Both the position numbers and the translations under genes were made by a program. Positions 24,876 through 38,343 of a stretch of 64,000 nucleotides of DNA are shown in pieces (position 1 is the first letter of the stretch; each line of letters starts with the position of its first letter). Origin of the DNA: Octopus vulgaris (taxonomy: Eukaryota); NCBI GenBank assembly GCA_951406725.2, contig OX597825.1:48980001-49044000 (forward strand). Direction: 5' to 3'. The notes beneath the pieces were generated by a model. It was not told the DNA's origin, made no database searches, and worked only from the letters and a program-made list of their open reading frames with translations.

Positions 24876-25406
24876 ACAAATAGAAATAAATAACTATATA
24901 TATATATATTTTTTTCGATTCGATTTATTATTATTATTAGTAGTATTGTTGTTATACATACATACATACAAGCATATGTAATGATAATAATAAGTGGATG
25001 TAAACACATGAACAAAATAAGAATAAACAAAAACAACAAAAACAAAATACATATTACATGAACATATATAAACAGAAGATACAAATATTAAAGGCATCCC
25101 CCCCACATACACACACTAAATAAACATAGACGCACATAGAGATACAATAGAAATACAAAATGGCTGACGGTTAGTAAGGAGAGACACAAATAAGAAAGAA
25201 GAGAAGAAAACAAAGGACCACTTTCTGGCCGAAATAAGATTAAGATTAATGTAAAAAATAAATAACACTGAAGAAAAATAACACCAAATATATAGTGCGT
25301 GTGTTTTTATTGGCTAAACTGGCAATATGACCATTCCGAAATATAACAATATCTGTTTCAACACACGACTTCACATAAAAAATCTTGCACAACAAATATT
25401 TAAACG

Positions 25407-25465
<59 letters not shown>

Positions 25466-25859
25466 GTATATGTATCACTCTCATATGTCTATCCACACAT
25501 ATGTTATATCTAGGGAGATTAAGTCTGTTTGAATGCCTCATTTATTGATTACACTCACCGGGTCATTTTCCACTCAGTTTCTTTTTCTAAAATTTTCGTT
25601 GGTTCTTGCAGTTTCTTTAATAGTTGCTGAATCTGTACATTATCAGAGCTGTTTCCCTTCTATTTATTTGTTCGCTTGTGTGCATGTATGTTCGTTCCTG
25701 TACAGTTGTATAGACATGTGTATATATGCATGCATGTATGTGTGTGCGCATATGCATATGTATACATGTGTACGTTTGTATGAATGCATTCTGCGCATTC
25801 ATGAATAATATGAACATGTGAGCGTGTTAATCAATAAGGCATTGAAACAGAAGGTCTCT

Positions 25860-25970
25860 CCCCAGCCATAGGCTATAGTTGAAGACACTTGCCCAAGGCG
25901 CCACGCAGTCGGAACCCAGAACCATGTGTTTGGTAACGAAGCTACGTAACACACAGCCACTCCTGCACCC
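25860..25970 (-). mobile_element. SINE family 1 head
   Basis: Reverse complement GGTGCAGGAGTGGCTGTGTGTTACGTAGCTTC...CTTGGGCAAGTGTCTTC. Confidence 0.8.
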
Positions 25971-26285
25971 ATACACACACACACACACACACACAAATAT
26001 ATATATATACATACATATATATATATGTATGCATAAATATAGATAAATAGATAGATAGATTTATGTATGAATATGTATGTATGTATGTGTGTGTATAAAT
26101 ATTCAGTTATGTGTCTGTGTATATTCAGGTATGTATACGTCTATATGTCTGTCTGTATTCAGGTATGCATATGTGCATGTATACGTGTGTGTGTATGTAT
26201 TCAGGTATGTATATGTGTATGTATACTTGTTTGTGTCAGTGAATATAATTATACATATATATGCATGTATTTATGTATGTCTCTA

Positions 26286-26665
26286 TAGGTGATAATATTA
26301 ACATTTCCCGGACTAGTTCTGTAGCGCGGCAGCGTATGACAGCGCATGGCTGCGGGCGCATTGAGAGCTAGCAGTGACATTCATGAGGCAGTGTGCCGAC
26401 TGACATTGCTGTGTTTACTTCGGAAGCTGAGTAAGTATTGCTCTTGTTATCACTTTTATGCTGTAGTCTACGATAGTATTATGGAGAAAATTTGGAAAAA
26501 AAGCCAACTTAAAATTTTGCTTTAAACTTCGAAAGTCTGCTACAGAGATATTGAGCATATTTCAACAAAGTTACATCGATGAGGCAATGGATCGTACGCA
26601 ATGGTTGGAGTGATGGCACAGGCCCTTCAAATGCGTACAACGAGGGCGCAGCATTAGGTGTGAGT
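26286..26665 (+). mobile_element. Mariner-like transposon 5' fragment
   Basis: KANLKFCFKLRKSATEILSIFQQSYIDEAMDRTQW resembles the mariner N-terminal HTH; only one putative end seen. Confidence 0.65.
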
Positions 26666-26697
26666 CGTCGATAATCTTTATAAACATATATATATCC

Positions 26698-26739
<42 letters not shown>

Positions 26740-26802
26740 TCGATAATCTTTATACACATATATATATATATCCATATGTATATATATAATCATATATATA
26801 TA

Positions 26803-27221
26803 GGCGCAGGAGTGGCTGTGTGGTAAGTAGCTTGCCAACCAACCACATGGTTCCGGGTTCAGTCCCACTGCGTGGTATCTTGGGCAAGTGTCTTCTGCTA
26901 TAGCCCCGGGCCGACCAATGCCTTGTGAGTGGATTTGGTAGACGGAAACTGAAAGAAGCCTGTCGTATATATGTATATATATATATGTGTGTGTATGTGT
27001 GTGTGTGTTTGTGTGTGTGTGTTTGTTCCCCTAGCATTGCTTGACTACCGATGCTGGTGTATTTTCGTCCCCGTCACTTAGCGGTTCGGCAAAAAGAGAC
27101 CGATAGAATAAGGACTGGGCTTACAAAGCATAAGTCCCGGGGTCGATTTGCTCGACTAAAGGCGGTGCTCCAGCATGGCCGCAGTCAAATGCCTGAAACA
27201 AGTAAAAGAGTAAAAGAGTAA
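26803..27221 (+). mobile_element. SINE family 1, full-length copy with internal (TA)n(TG)n tract
   Basis: A box TGGCTGTGTGG (26813-26823), B box GGTTCAGTCCC (26856-26866), internal microsatellite 26966-27022, 3' GGCGGTGCTCCAGCATGGCCGCAGTC and (GTAAAAGA)n tail. Confidence 0.92.
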
Positions 27222-27228
27222 TATATTC

Positions 27229-27261
<33 letters not shown>

Positions 27262-27262
<1 letters not shown>

Positions 27263-27430
27263 GTGTGTGTCTCTTTGTGTCTGTTTTCCTCCTCCCACCT
27301 CCGCTTGACAAGTGGTGTTGCTTCTTTCATAACTCCGTAGCAAAATAGTTCTTTGATCGATTTCTTCGTCGAAACACTTCAAGGCGGTGCCCCAGGGTGG
27401 CGCAGTCAAATGACTGAAACAAGTAAAAAA
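27262..27430 (+). mobile_element. SINE family 1, 3' half
   Basis: CCGCTTGACAAGTGGTGTTG...GGCGGTGCCCCAGGGTGGCGCAGTCAAATGACTGAAACAAGTAAA. Confidence 0.75.
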
Positions 27431-27946
27431 AAGATAAACCGATAAAATATATACATAATACAGAGGCATTATATATTACGTATATTATCTAGAAACAATA
27501 TAAGTCTATCCTTGTGTGTTTTTGCACATGCGTGCGTGCGTGTGTGTGCGTGTTTCTGTGTTTCGTTACAGCCTTCTTTGATATATATTCTAATAAAATC
27601 TAGTGTTGTATATTATCTAGTCTATTTCTTATTTTTTGATATCCACTTTTTTTGAAAGCAAACTATAATGAATTTCTCTAGAGGTTAAGAAAATGTCGAC
27701 TTTATAAACATTTAAAAAATATTACAAACTATTTTCAAATAAAAACTTTAATTAATGATGGTTGACAATCCTTCAAACGTTTGAAAATAGTGTTTCCATA
27801 ATGAAAACTGCTTTACCGTATAAATTAACTTTTCGTTGTATTTTCTTTTTATGTAATAGCTTTTTAATAAAGACAACTTGAGAAGATTAAGGTGAATTTT
27901 ATTTTAAAGAGAAACCTTTTTAATAGTTCCAAATTATTTTTCAAAT

Positions 27947-28170
27947 GGCGCAATGGCCTAGTGGTTAGGGCAGCGGACTCGCGGTCGCAGGATCGCGGTT
28001 TCGGTTCTCAGACCGGGCGTTGTGTGTGTTTATTGAGCGAAAACACCTAAAAGCTCTACGAGGCTCCGGCAGGGGGTGGTGATCCCTGCTGTACTCTTTC
28101 ACCACAATGGCGGTGCCCCAGCATGGCCACAGCTCAAGAGCTGAAACTGGAAAAACAAAAAAAACAAAAA
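27947..28170 (+). mobile_element. tRNA-derived SINE family 2 head and body with family-1-like 3' end
   Basis: GGCGCAATGGCCTAGTGGTTAGGGCAGCGGACTCGCGG (A box), GGTTTCGGTTCTC (B-box-like); body matches reverse complement of 54245-54343; ends GGCGGTGCCCCAGCATGGCCACAGC...TGAAAC plus A-rich tail. Confidence 0.88.
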
Positions 28171-31100
28171 CAAACAAATCTCATGTCAGATAGTAAAATT
28201 TAGGAAAATATAATTCTGCCCATTTTCTTTAATTTTCTTTTTACTCCAATATTTCTGTAATATATTAGGAATTTAAAGCAATGAAACATTTTTTTGCGTT
28301 TGATATTCTATAGGTTATTTATGTTTGAAAAATCCTCATTTACAATTTTAATATCCTTCGAACCTCAGATATTCCATATGTAGTTTACCGTCAGAAATGC
28401 TGTAACATTACTTTAAGGAAGGGCATTTGTTTCTGTACTTATCTAATGAATTTTTGTCGGTGTTAATGACATTAGTATCATTTATCGTCTCCTACGGGTG
28501 AGATATAATCCTTCTCCTGGGGAGGACGCTCTTCTTTCATAGAATACTCTTCAGTTGACCATTCGATTTCAAATAAAATGTTATGAGTTACTGAAGTTGT
28601 AATAACAATGCAAATTCTATTGCATTTCATAACATGCGTTTCGAGAATAAAAACAAGCAAGGTGAAATGTAGAACGTGCAAACATTAGCACAACTATATT
28701 TCATAATACTGCAGAAATTTACAACCGGTTGAGCATTGATGCTGACAAATTATAAAATATTTAAAGCATAATTATATTATATAGATACTAGAACAAGGGA
28801 AATAATTGTACTTATATGCAGAACAGCGTGAATTGAACAATGTCTATACCTTTTCTTATGCAGCTGTTGGTCCGAAGATAAGGATTACTCGGTATGATTT
28901 GTGGAGTGGATAGCTGTAAGTCAGAAGTAAATGCGTGTAATGTATGTGATTTGAATTATCGAATGATACAGTTAATGAAGTAAATCGGTTAGAAAAATAC
29001 ATTTTGTAAGGAGTTTCAACGGAACGAAAGAAATAGGAAGGGTGAAAATTTGCATCGATGTTCTGACGGACAAGATTCAAATTAAAATCTTGGATAAAAC
29101 TGAAGTTTGGCGAGTACATATAGTTTTTAACCTGCCCGTTAAAAATAATTGTATCTTCTTTAAAACAAGCGTCTCGTGTATCTGTGTGGAGAGTTGTTGG
29201 CAAAGTGAAATACATTATCCTTCATAGTATCTATATCTTTTATCACCCCAGAATAAAATATTTATGGAAATATTGAAGTGAAAAGAGGCCAACTCAGCGG
29301 AGTTGAATCGATGAAGTGCTAAGTTTTTTTGATATGATGCACAACTTTTTTACATCCTCGTTCTAAGTTAAACTACTGCTTGAATAGACTGGTAGTAAAT
29401 CAATAAAATAATTATATTTTCTCTAGTAGTATAAAACATTCAAATAACATAGAGCCACTTTAAATTTATAGTCATTTGACATTGCAGAAAATGATAATTT
29501 ATGTAGATGAAAGTACCCAAATTTGTACAAAACCAAATCAATATAGACAACTTATATGGATATTGTTAATTCTACAATGTGATATTTATGATTCAAATGG
29601 TAAGATATTTGCTTCCTAAGCCAAAGAAGCCATTTATGTGTTGCAGCTGGCTGCTTTGTTTCATTGTAGTACAGTGACGAAGATAAGTTACAAAGCACTT
29701 CCCGGAAAAGAGACAAGGATGTAGAGAATAAAGATAACACGCTAAATATACAATCTGATAAAATAATGAGAACGAATAAATGAAACACGAAGAAGCTTCT
29801 ACGAAAGATCTGAACATGGATTTTGATGATTTATACAGCCATTGTGTAACACATTGCGAACCTAGAGCTCATCTGACATCTTAGCAATATACAACTCGTC
29901 TAACGCCTGATAATGCACAGTAGAAGTGCGGACAAGTAAAGAAAGCTCACAATATATTTTGTTTAACATCTGATCACTACAGCTGGTCTCATGCATCAAT
30001 AAGAAACTTAATACATTATTAACATAGATAAATTAACACTAAATAATTTACAACTAGTCTCATGCTCTACGAAAATACAGTTAGTCTAAAATTTTACCAA
30101 TGCTCAAGGAGCAATGTATAGTTACCTATAAATAGAAAGTAAATTCCACACCTTTACTATTGTGAATCTTAACAATGAGCATCTAGTTCAGTACCTTTAC
30201 TCTAAACAGCTGGTTCTGTGCCGTAACTCTGAACAGGTGGTTCAATGCATTAAGAATAAACAGCTACTTCAGCACCTTAGCAATATGTCACACAATGACC
30301 ATTACGGTATTTTGATTCTAGTAAATAAAATTCTCTGATGATGTTTAATTCAGTGTTATTCCTTTTAACGAGTGTTTTACTTCGCCCCAGTATAGAAGGC
30401 AATTATACTTTTCATATTAATATAGTTTACAAAAGTATTATGTTGAAGTGAAATAACAGATTGGATCCAAAATTTCTAAGAGAATCAAATGGCCGAAAAT
30501 TACATCAATTTAAACAACACTCGTTGAAAGTTTAATATCACCTATTACGTAATCCAATATATTAATTTCAACTTATAAATAATAGAGATGACTTATTTCA
30601 TCAAGAAATACAAAATATTAACTGAGAATTACAATCTAAATATCAAATGTAATATTGCTAATTAATTATATTAAAAGGATGTTTGCTTTAAATTTTAAAC
30701 CAATAATTTACACTACATACTTAAATAGACTTTCATTTTAGGAGTTTTCAGGACGGTTATTGAAAATATCAATTTATAACATTGCTAATAACAATATATT
30801 AAACCGTATATTAAATGCAAAACTCATAAACAATAGGAAAATATTATTTAGGTTTATTATTACGGAAATTTATTTAAATTAGATTTATATCATAGACAGC
30901 TGATTTGTTTCAAGAAACTGAAGAACCGGGGTTTCCGTTCTTGTCATTGGCACTACACTGTGACCATGGCCTATACAACTACAAATAACTAACAGCGTAG
31001 CAAAGCTGATGAATATATTCGTTTGCCCGTAATAGTCTTTGACTTGATTGACAATTAACGATATATTAAAGCTTTAGGATCAAAGCATTGTATCCGGTTT

Positions 31101-31636
31101 AGGAAGCAATTTTGAAATAATCAAGAATCATTTGAGCTCAATTACGAAATAATGTATTTAACTAATTTAAATTCTAGTGTAAACCTATTATATTTTATAT
31201 TAGTAAAGTAATGGGAGTTAAGAAACGAATTGGGTTGTATGAACTATTCTGTATATGTATTGGAGTACATATGTAAACCGCGAAAAGAGACATACAGCAC
31301 CCTCTTGGCGCTAATCTGGAAACATTAACTACAGCAGGAAATGGAAAATCCCTTCCAAGACCAAACCCTACATTAACGAGTCAAAGATGTTCGATATATT
31401 TACTGGTAAATCTGTACCTTTGAAAGAACATCTGGTTAAGTTCCAGGAACGAGACATCTATATCCACATTCTAAAAAATAGATCTTGTCGGAAACTAAAG
31501 ATAGATCACTGGACACATCTTAAACCATTCGAAACCAGTTTACGTAATTTGATATGCATATTAGTTGTAATATCCGTTATCTCTCCTGTGTTTTTCTATC
31601 TGCGTTCTGTTCTTCTACTATATGAACATTCACGCG

Positions 31637-31680
<44 letters not shown>

Positions 31681-31968
31681 TTTATATTTATATATATATA
31701 CATGTGTGTGTAGTAAAGCAAAACGACGATTAATCTTAACTTTTGAAAATAATTTTCTTAATTTATCAAATATGTGGAAATTCATTAATCTTGTTGGAAG
31801 CTTATAAAAATATGTTAAAAAGAACATATATTTCTCTCAATATATGAACGATGGCATAATCATCGACTAAAAAATACTCATTTCAGAATCGGACAGATAG
31901 ACAAATGACCAGATCTTTCCGAATGGAATTTTTGAAATGGAAAATGCGCGCGCACACAAATACACAGA

Positions 31969-32043
<75 letters not shown>

Positions 32044-34144
32044 ATATATTTTTATTGGTGCATATACGTACATGTTTGTTGGTCAGTATGTACGTTTGCA
32101 TATATACTAACTTATATGCATATCTAAGTGAGGATATTAATGTGTGTGTAAAAGTATGCAAATAGAAAATTCTATATTTGTATATTCTCACACACACGTC
32201 CACATGCACATACATGTGTCTATATGCTAGTAGATTAGGTCTTCTACCTTACGCATTTCTCTGGACGTAACAGTAGCGTCATGTCGTTCAGCGTCTGCAT
32301 TTGTCTACAATATCACAATATAAATTAAAGTAGCCACACTAGAAAAGGCTCAGGGAGATCTAACAGATAAATATATTACCATAATATTTTAGTTCCATCC
32401 ATTCCAAAACACTCAGTATCAAATTACATATTAGAAATCAAATAACATTATGACTAGTTCAATCTCATTCTGCCCAGAAAGCTTTTAAAGTAGTAATTAA
32501 CAATTTCCAATTTTTTCTCTGAAGTATGATGCAAATAAGACAAAATATTAACTTTGCAGTGTCTAACTATTTAGCTAAAAATTAAGATCAAATCTAAATG
32601 ATTTGTAACACTTTTAAATAGAAACATCCAAAATAATTTTGTTAAAAACTTCTAGAAACTTCGAACATTATCAAAAAGAGAAACAGAATTATCATTTATA
32701 GAAATAAGCTCTTCGGTGTTTCGTAGTAATGTTGCTCTTTTATTCTAAAATTGTTTATATTTAAATATAAATGTAAATTTTTAAAACATTAAATTTCTTC
32801 CAGGATTTAATAGTCATATCTTTGTATAATTGTGTAATTAAGACGGAAAATCAATATATAATCAATAAAACATTTTAGAATCCATAAATATTTGGAAGTT
32901 TTGATAATTAGTTATATCAATTAAAAGATTATTGATTTAAATTGCCTGACATCTCTGGCTAAGTTTACACATAAAGATATTTTGAAATTTTTATATTTAC
33001 ATACGATAAAAACGTTCACGTTTTAAATTTAATCACGAATATGTAGAAAGCACACGGATCAATAAAACAATTAGGCGATTTGAATTATAGAGACGTGTAA
33101 ATAAGCTGGTCATTTGTTTTTTCTTAATTCAAGAATTTGTTTCTTTTGGAGGGGTGAGAGTTTTGCAATCAAAACGTGATACGAATATTTTTGTTTGTTT
33201 TTCAGATATTCTAATTGAAAACTTACTAATTACCAATATACGAATTAAAAATTGGTAAAGGAGATTGTAAGAAGAGTAGAAATTTGTTTTGTAATTAGAT
33301 GACATAAAAATATTTGTCAATTTCATAACGTTTTTGGGTAAACATTACGTGAAGTGAGATTTAAGTCTTAAGTCTTACTATAAGAAAGATAACAAATAGA
33401 GATACATATCACAGAAGGAAAAACTGGAATAAGCAAGACAGGAGGAAACACATGGGAGAGAGAATCGATGATAAGATCACAGAATGTGTGAAGAAAGAAT
33501 TTGATAGACGCATAAATAAAAAATACGAATCCAATCAAACGTGATCAAATAAATAACGCGTATATTCAATTGGCAAAAAAATAACAATTCTCAAGTACAT
33601 CAATCTGTTTCATTACACATTTTCACCTCAAGAATCTTGCAAGACAAAGACATAAACGTATGTATACAGAATATATGACGGGTTCAGTACCGTCAGTAAT
33701 ATAAACGACACTGTAGAAAGGCTTTAAAATGTTTCCAGGGTATAAATGTTTGACGTTTCTGGATGTATTTCCTCTCAACACTACCTGGAATATGTAAAAA
33801 GAATATCCTAAAGTGAGACAACCTTCTTATTATGATTTTAGGTTAAAATATTTTCAGTTCAAATTATCTACTTAGGTTTTGAGGCAAATACAGGCGGTAT
33901 TTGGAAACTTTACCATTAAAAGCGGAAGAAAGTGAAAGAAATACTATTAAATAAACATAGAAAACATGAAAAATAATTAAATTACATTTTAAAACGAATG
34001 AAAATGAATGAGGAAAGTTATAAGGTTCCCAATGGAAATACGTAAGAGAATCAGTTGATAGAGAAATCTAAAACCAATATACATATATAATTCAAGAAAT
34101 AAGTTTTTATAAATACTAACTCAAAAATCTGCATAGCTCACTCA

Positions 34145-34145
<1 letters not shown>

Positions 34146-34242
<97 letters not shown>
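34146..34242. repeat. (TATC)n microsatellite
   Basis: Direct tetranucleotide run. Confidence 0.98.
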
Positions 34243-34243
<1 letters not shown>

Positions 34244-34973
34244 TTATTTATCTATCTGTCTAGGTAGATGTACATACATACCTTATATATAAATATATAA
34301 CCATAAATTTGTACATACATGCATATATACATACATGTGTGTATATGAATGTGTGTGTGTGTGTGTGTAGGAAAATGGGAAAACTCTGAAGGCAAAATCC
34401 AAATCTCGAAAACATGAAATACATAACGTATGATGTTGTAAATGAGTGTCAAAGAAATATTGATAGTCTTTGAAATCGTCTATTAAAGAATTATTAAAAT
34501 AATGTATTCAGAAAGATAACATGTCTTTTCTTTTTCTATATTTATAATAGATTGATAATTGAATCATGAAGAAAAATGAAGTATTTTGTGATACCATAAT
34601 ATATATATTTAGAGGCAACGTCATGCGGTAAATGAAGTATATTGTGATATAATGCCATAATATATGAGGTTGGTGCAAAAGGGTGTGTTATAAACGCTTT
34701 GGCAGATAACTGCTCCTAGATATTATTATTGGTACATGTTAGATATGGCCGCCTCTAATATTGTACACTTGAATTTTCACATATGCTTGTATTTCTACAT
34801 ACTCACTAGAATGATGGTTACTTTATTTAGAAATAAGTTAAGTCATTGGTGATTTTTCGCTTATTCCTTGCAAAAAATATTTGCTGATCATCTAATTATT
34901 ATTGTATCTTTCAATAAGAATGATAAATTCATCTTCCCTTATTTCCTAATTCTCTCTGTGTGTGTGTGTGTAG

Positions 34974-35034
<61 letters not shown>

Positions 35035-35637
35035 CATACAAACATATCTATATAAATACACGCAAACACATGTATACATACGTATATGTATGTTTGTGTG
35101 TCTGTGTAGGTGAGGGTGAGAGAATGTATGCCTTCCTTTTCGATAACCAATGCTTTTTAATGTAAGTAAATGGAAGAAAACAGGCGACAAAGCAGTCACA
35201 TAAGGGTAAACAATGAGAAACATATGGCTGCACTGTTACAAGGCATGTCTGAGAGATACATCATAAGAAGACAATAGGGAATAACTAAACTCTAATCATT
35301 TTTATCACTGTGAAAAGTTATACTATGTTGCTTTAAAATTAATGAATTTGTCATATTGTTTTTATGTGTCTCTCTGTTTACGATATTATATTCTCATAAA
35401 CCACGTAATATTTCACTCCAGTGTAAAATGTTTAGTATTATAACTTGTATAATTATGCTTTACAAGTTTTATTAAAAAGGTATGGCTATTGTAAAGCAAT
35501 ATAACTTCTAACCATAAAAGTAATGTATCGGAAAATATTGCGAAACGTAGCACACGTGGTACTCACATACATACACACACATCCAAACAAACATATGTGT
35601 ATGTGTGTGTGTGTGGGAGTGTGTGTATAAATCCCCC

Positions 35638-35671
<34 letters not shown>

Positions 35672-35761
35672 GTATATATAATATACATATATATTTGCGT
35701 GTGTGTTTATGGTTGTATACGAATTCAGTCATACCTAAGATGTGAGCCACTACATGTGTAT

Positions 35762-35801
<40 letters not shown>

Positions 35802-35960
35802 GTACATACATATATATAATATATATGCATATATATGTATATATGTGTGTGTACGTGTGTGCGTGTTAGAAGTAATGTGAGGAGTAGGGGAAAATTATAC
35901 TAGTGAAGAGAATAATAATATTAAGAGTAATTACGTAGTGGGGCGCAAGTAATAATAATA

Positions 35961-36336
35961 CAGGGTATAGCATTAAGATCTCCCACATTGTGAATGAAAA
36001 TAAAAAGAGGACGCAACCATCCAGGAAAAAATCTATTATATTTAAGAAAAATAAATCAGCTTATTGCACTGGTTTTAAAAGGTTTTTAGGCAAATGGCGG
36101 CCGTTGTCGGCAATACTTTTATACAGTCATTCGCAGAAGTTCTCCATGACTCTCCGTGTCATCTCAGATGGTATTGCGTTGATTTCCTCAGGAACCTCTT
36201 CATTCAAATTCTCAAGAGTTTGAGGACGATGTTGGAAAACTTTTTCCCTTAGTTATCCCCAAAGGAAAAGTCACAAGGCCTTAAATCTGGTGACCCTGTC
36301 TCCTCCAAATGTGAGAAATTTTTATGCTCCACCCTG
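35961..36336 (-). mobile_element. Internally deleted Tc1/mariner-superfamily element (maT/rosa-like), 376 bp
   Basis: TA|CAGGGTATAGCATTAAGATCTCCCACATT versus AATGTGAGAAATTTTTATGCTCCACCCTG|TA; minus strand keeps SPDLRPCDF / FLWG*LREKVFQHRPQTL...NGRHL. Confidence 0.85.
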
Positions 36337-36357
36337 TAGTAATAAAAGTAATACTAC

Positions 36358-37340
36358 TGCATGGAAAATATGCGTTCCGTAGCAAACAAGCTGATGTAGA
36401 CCTGAAGCCTACCAATCAGTGGCTATGTACCTCCCGAAAATTAATATTAATAATAAAATAACATCAATAATAAGTAGCATCACTTGCTCAACACTTGGAA
36501 ATGGCTAAGAAAAAGTGATCTGAAAGGATGTACTGTGGCATTGATATGCAGCGCTTAAGAAGAATCTCTGAGAACTAATTACACCAGGTTCCAAATAGAT
36601 AAGAGCAGTGAATCGCTGCTTTGTAGGATATGTGGCAGCTGAAACGAAACAATCTCTCATATTGTGAGTGAGTGTTGCAAGCTGGCCCAAATGCACTACA
36701 AAAGGAGGCACGATAACGTGGCTAGGTTCGTCCAGTGGAGGTTATATGAAAAGTACGGCCAGAACAGAGCACGGAAAGGGTACGAACATAAATCAGGAGT
36801 CACCGAGAACAAGGAATATAGGATACTGTGGGATTTTACCATAAAATGTGACTCCCTAATCGATGCTCGGAGGCAAGATATTGTATATCTTGTCTATACC
36901 AAATACAATACCTTGTGGTAGATAAGGAAAACAGGCAATCAATATTATTCCCAATACCTGGGAATGCACGTCTAAGTGACAAAGAAAAGATTGAAAAACA
37001 CAGACTCCTGAAAGACCAAATTGCAAGAATGTGGAGTGTGGAGTAAGAGGAGAATATCTGTCATTCCAGTAGTTGTACGAGCACTAGGAACACTAACAAC
37101 CAGGTTCGAGAAATATGTCAGAGAAATCGGAATTGACATGAGAGCAGAGCAAGCCCCCAAAAGTGCTCTGCGAAGGACAGCTAGAATTTCCATATTGGTA
37201 ATTTGATGTTGAATGTCTTCCATGATAATTAAAACCAATTATAATGTGCGGAAAGAGACCCTGTAATATCTCTGAAAACAGGCTGCTGTCCGCTCTCACA
37301 GATTCTACCAAAACAAACGTGACCGAGCGTTCTGAGAAGT
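36358..37340 (+). mobile_element. R4/Dong-clade fragments (two abutting pieces)
   Basis: HGKYAFRSKQADVDLKPTNQWL (36358-36436); then WLRKSDLK, ETISHIVSECCKLAQMHYKRRHDNVARFVQW, ILWDFTIKCD, VIPVVVRALG. Confidence 0.88.
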
Positions 37341-37364
37341 AAAACAACAACAACAACAATCATG

Positions 37365-37681
37365 ATAATAGCAAGAGCAATACGAAAGAATTGATGGTTA
37401 ACAGAACTGGAGCAAGAAGCGATTAAAAGAACATCAGGTGATGCTGGGCATAAGAGAAACGAAAGTGGTATAGTGGAAGGGATAGACAATTGTTCCCAAG
37501 AGTATATTACCGTGAATTGTGTTATAGTGGAGATCAGTGACTACTTAAACAATGAAGACCAATTAGTAATAAACAGAAATTGTGGATCTATTAAATACAG
37601 AATGGACAGAATTTATGTGCAACTTTAAGAAGGCTAACCAATGGAATCTGAATCAAGAGGCAAGTAAAGTCAATAATGTAT
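37365..37681 (+). mobile_element. Probable R4/Dong N-terminal region fragment
   Basis: ARAIRKN*WLTELEQEAIKR and FKKANQWNLNQEASKVNNVL resemble the pre-RT region of R4-clade ORFs. Confidence 0.55.
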
Positions 37682-38187
37682 TGATTGGATGTGTTATCAT
37701 GTACATTGTTTTGTCTTGGTATAAAAGATTGGCTACAGCAAATATTCTGTTCAATACCACAGATTTGCTTGACAGTTGTTTGATCATAACCAGTTGACCA
37801 TGTCTCTTAGTGACTGACGATATGTGCATCTCTGATCACGAGCAGAAGTAGTGGAGAAGCATCACAGCCGTGTGTTGAAAGGAAGTCTTGGAGGTTTGGA
37901 AAGTTCACCTTTGGAAACATGGGTGGTTCATTCAACATTCTTAAACAATCCCTAATTAGGGAGCTTTTGAGTAGGATGGGCTACTCGACCAGAAGAAAAT
38001 TGTAATTTGGCCCCACCTGCAATGTCATGCGCTGTTTATCTTGATATGAGATCACCATGTCGCGCATATATGGTTGTGATGCATGTGCTTGGTGTACCCT
38101 TATCAGACAGTTAGTCATGATGGGTATACTGGGCTTCGTATATTTTACCCCAGTGTCACTTTGATGACATGCACTGCTCTCTCACTC
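37682..38187 (+). mobile_element. Second copy of the (AAT)n-associated non-coding retroposon
   Basis: Colinear with 13631-14136; lacks the first ~45 nt of that copy. Confidence 0.85.
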
Positions 38188-38191
38188 AATG

Positions 38192-38265
<74 letters not shown>

Positions 38266-38282
38266 TATTATTATTATTATTA

Positions 38283-38341
<59 letters not shown>

Positions 38342-38343
38342 TA
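38188..38343. repeat. (AAT)n switching to (ATT)n: inverted microsatellite
   Basis: Strand switch at ~38264. Confidence 0.97.

Larger units (their letters stand above)
23656..25352 (+). mobile_element. 5'-truncated Penelope-like element with inverted pseudo-LTR (arms 23656-24020 and 25013-25352)
   Basis: Arms are near-identical reverse complements; interior encodes an RT C-terminal region and GIY-YIG endonuclease; short unique tail 25353-25406 then (TA)n. Confidence 0.92.

Noticed and set aside
26803-26875. tRNA gene-like sequences (also 27947-28020 and 48012-48100)
   Set aside because: No complete cloverleaf; they continue into multi-copy SINE bodies.
28478-29227. Minus-strand ORFs of 67 and 119 aa and a + ORF of 61 aa in unique DNA
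   Set aside because: No recognisable family and no clear exon chain; one such ORF is expected by chance. RNA-seq would be needed to revive it.
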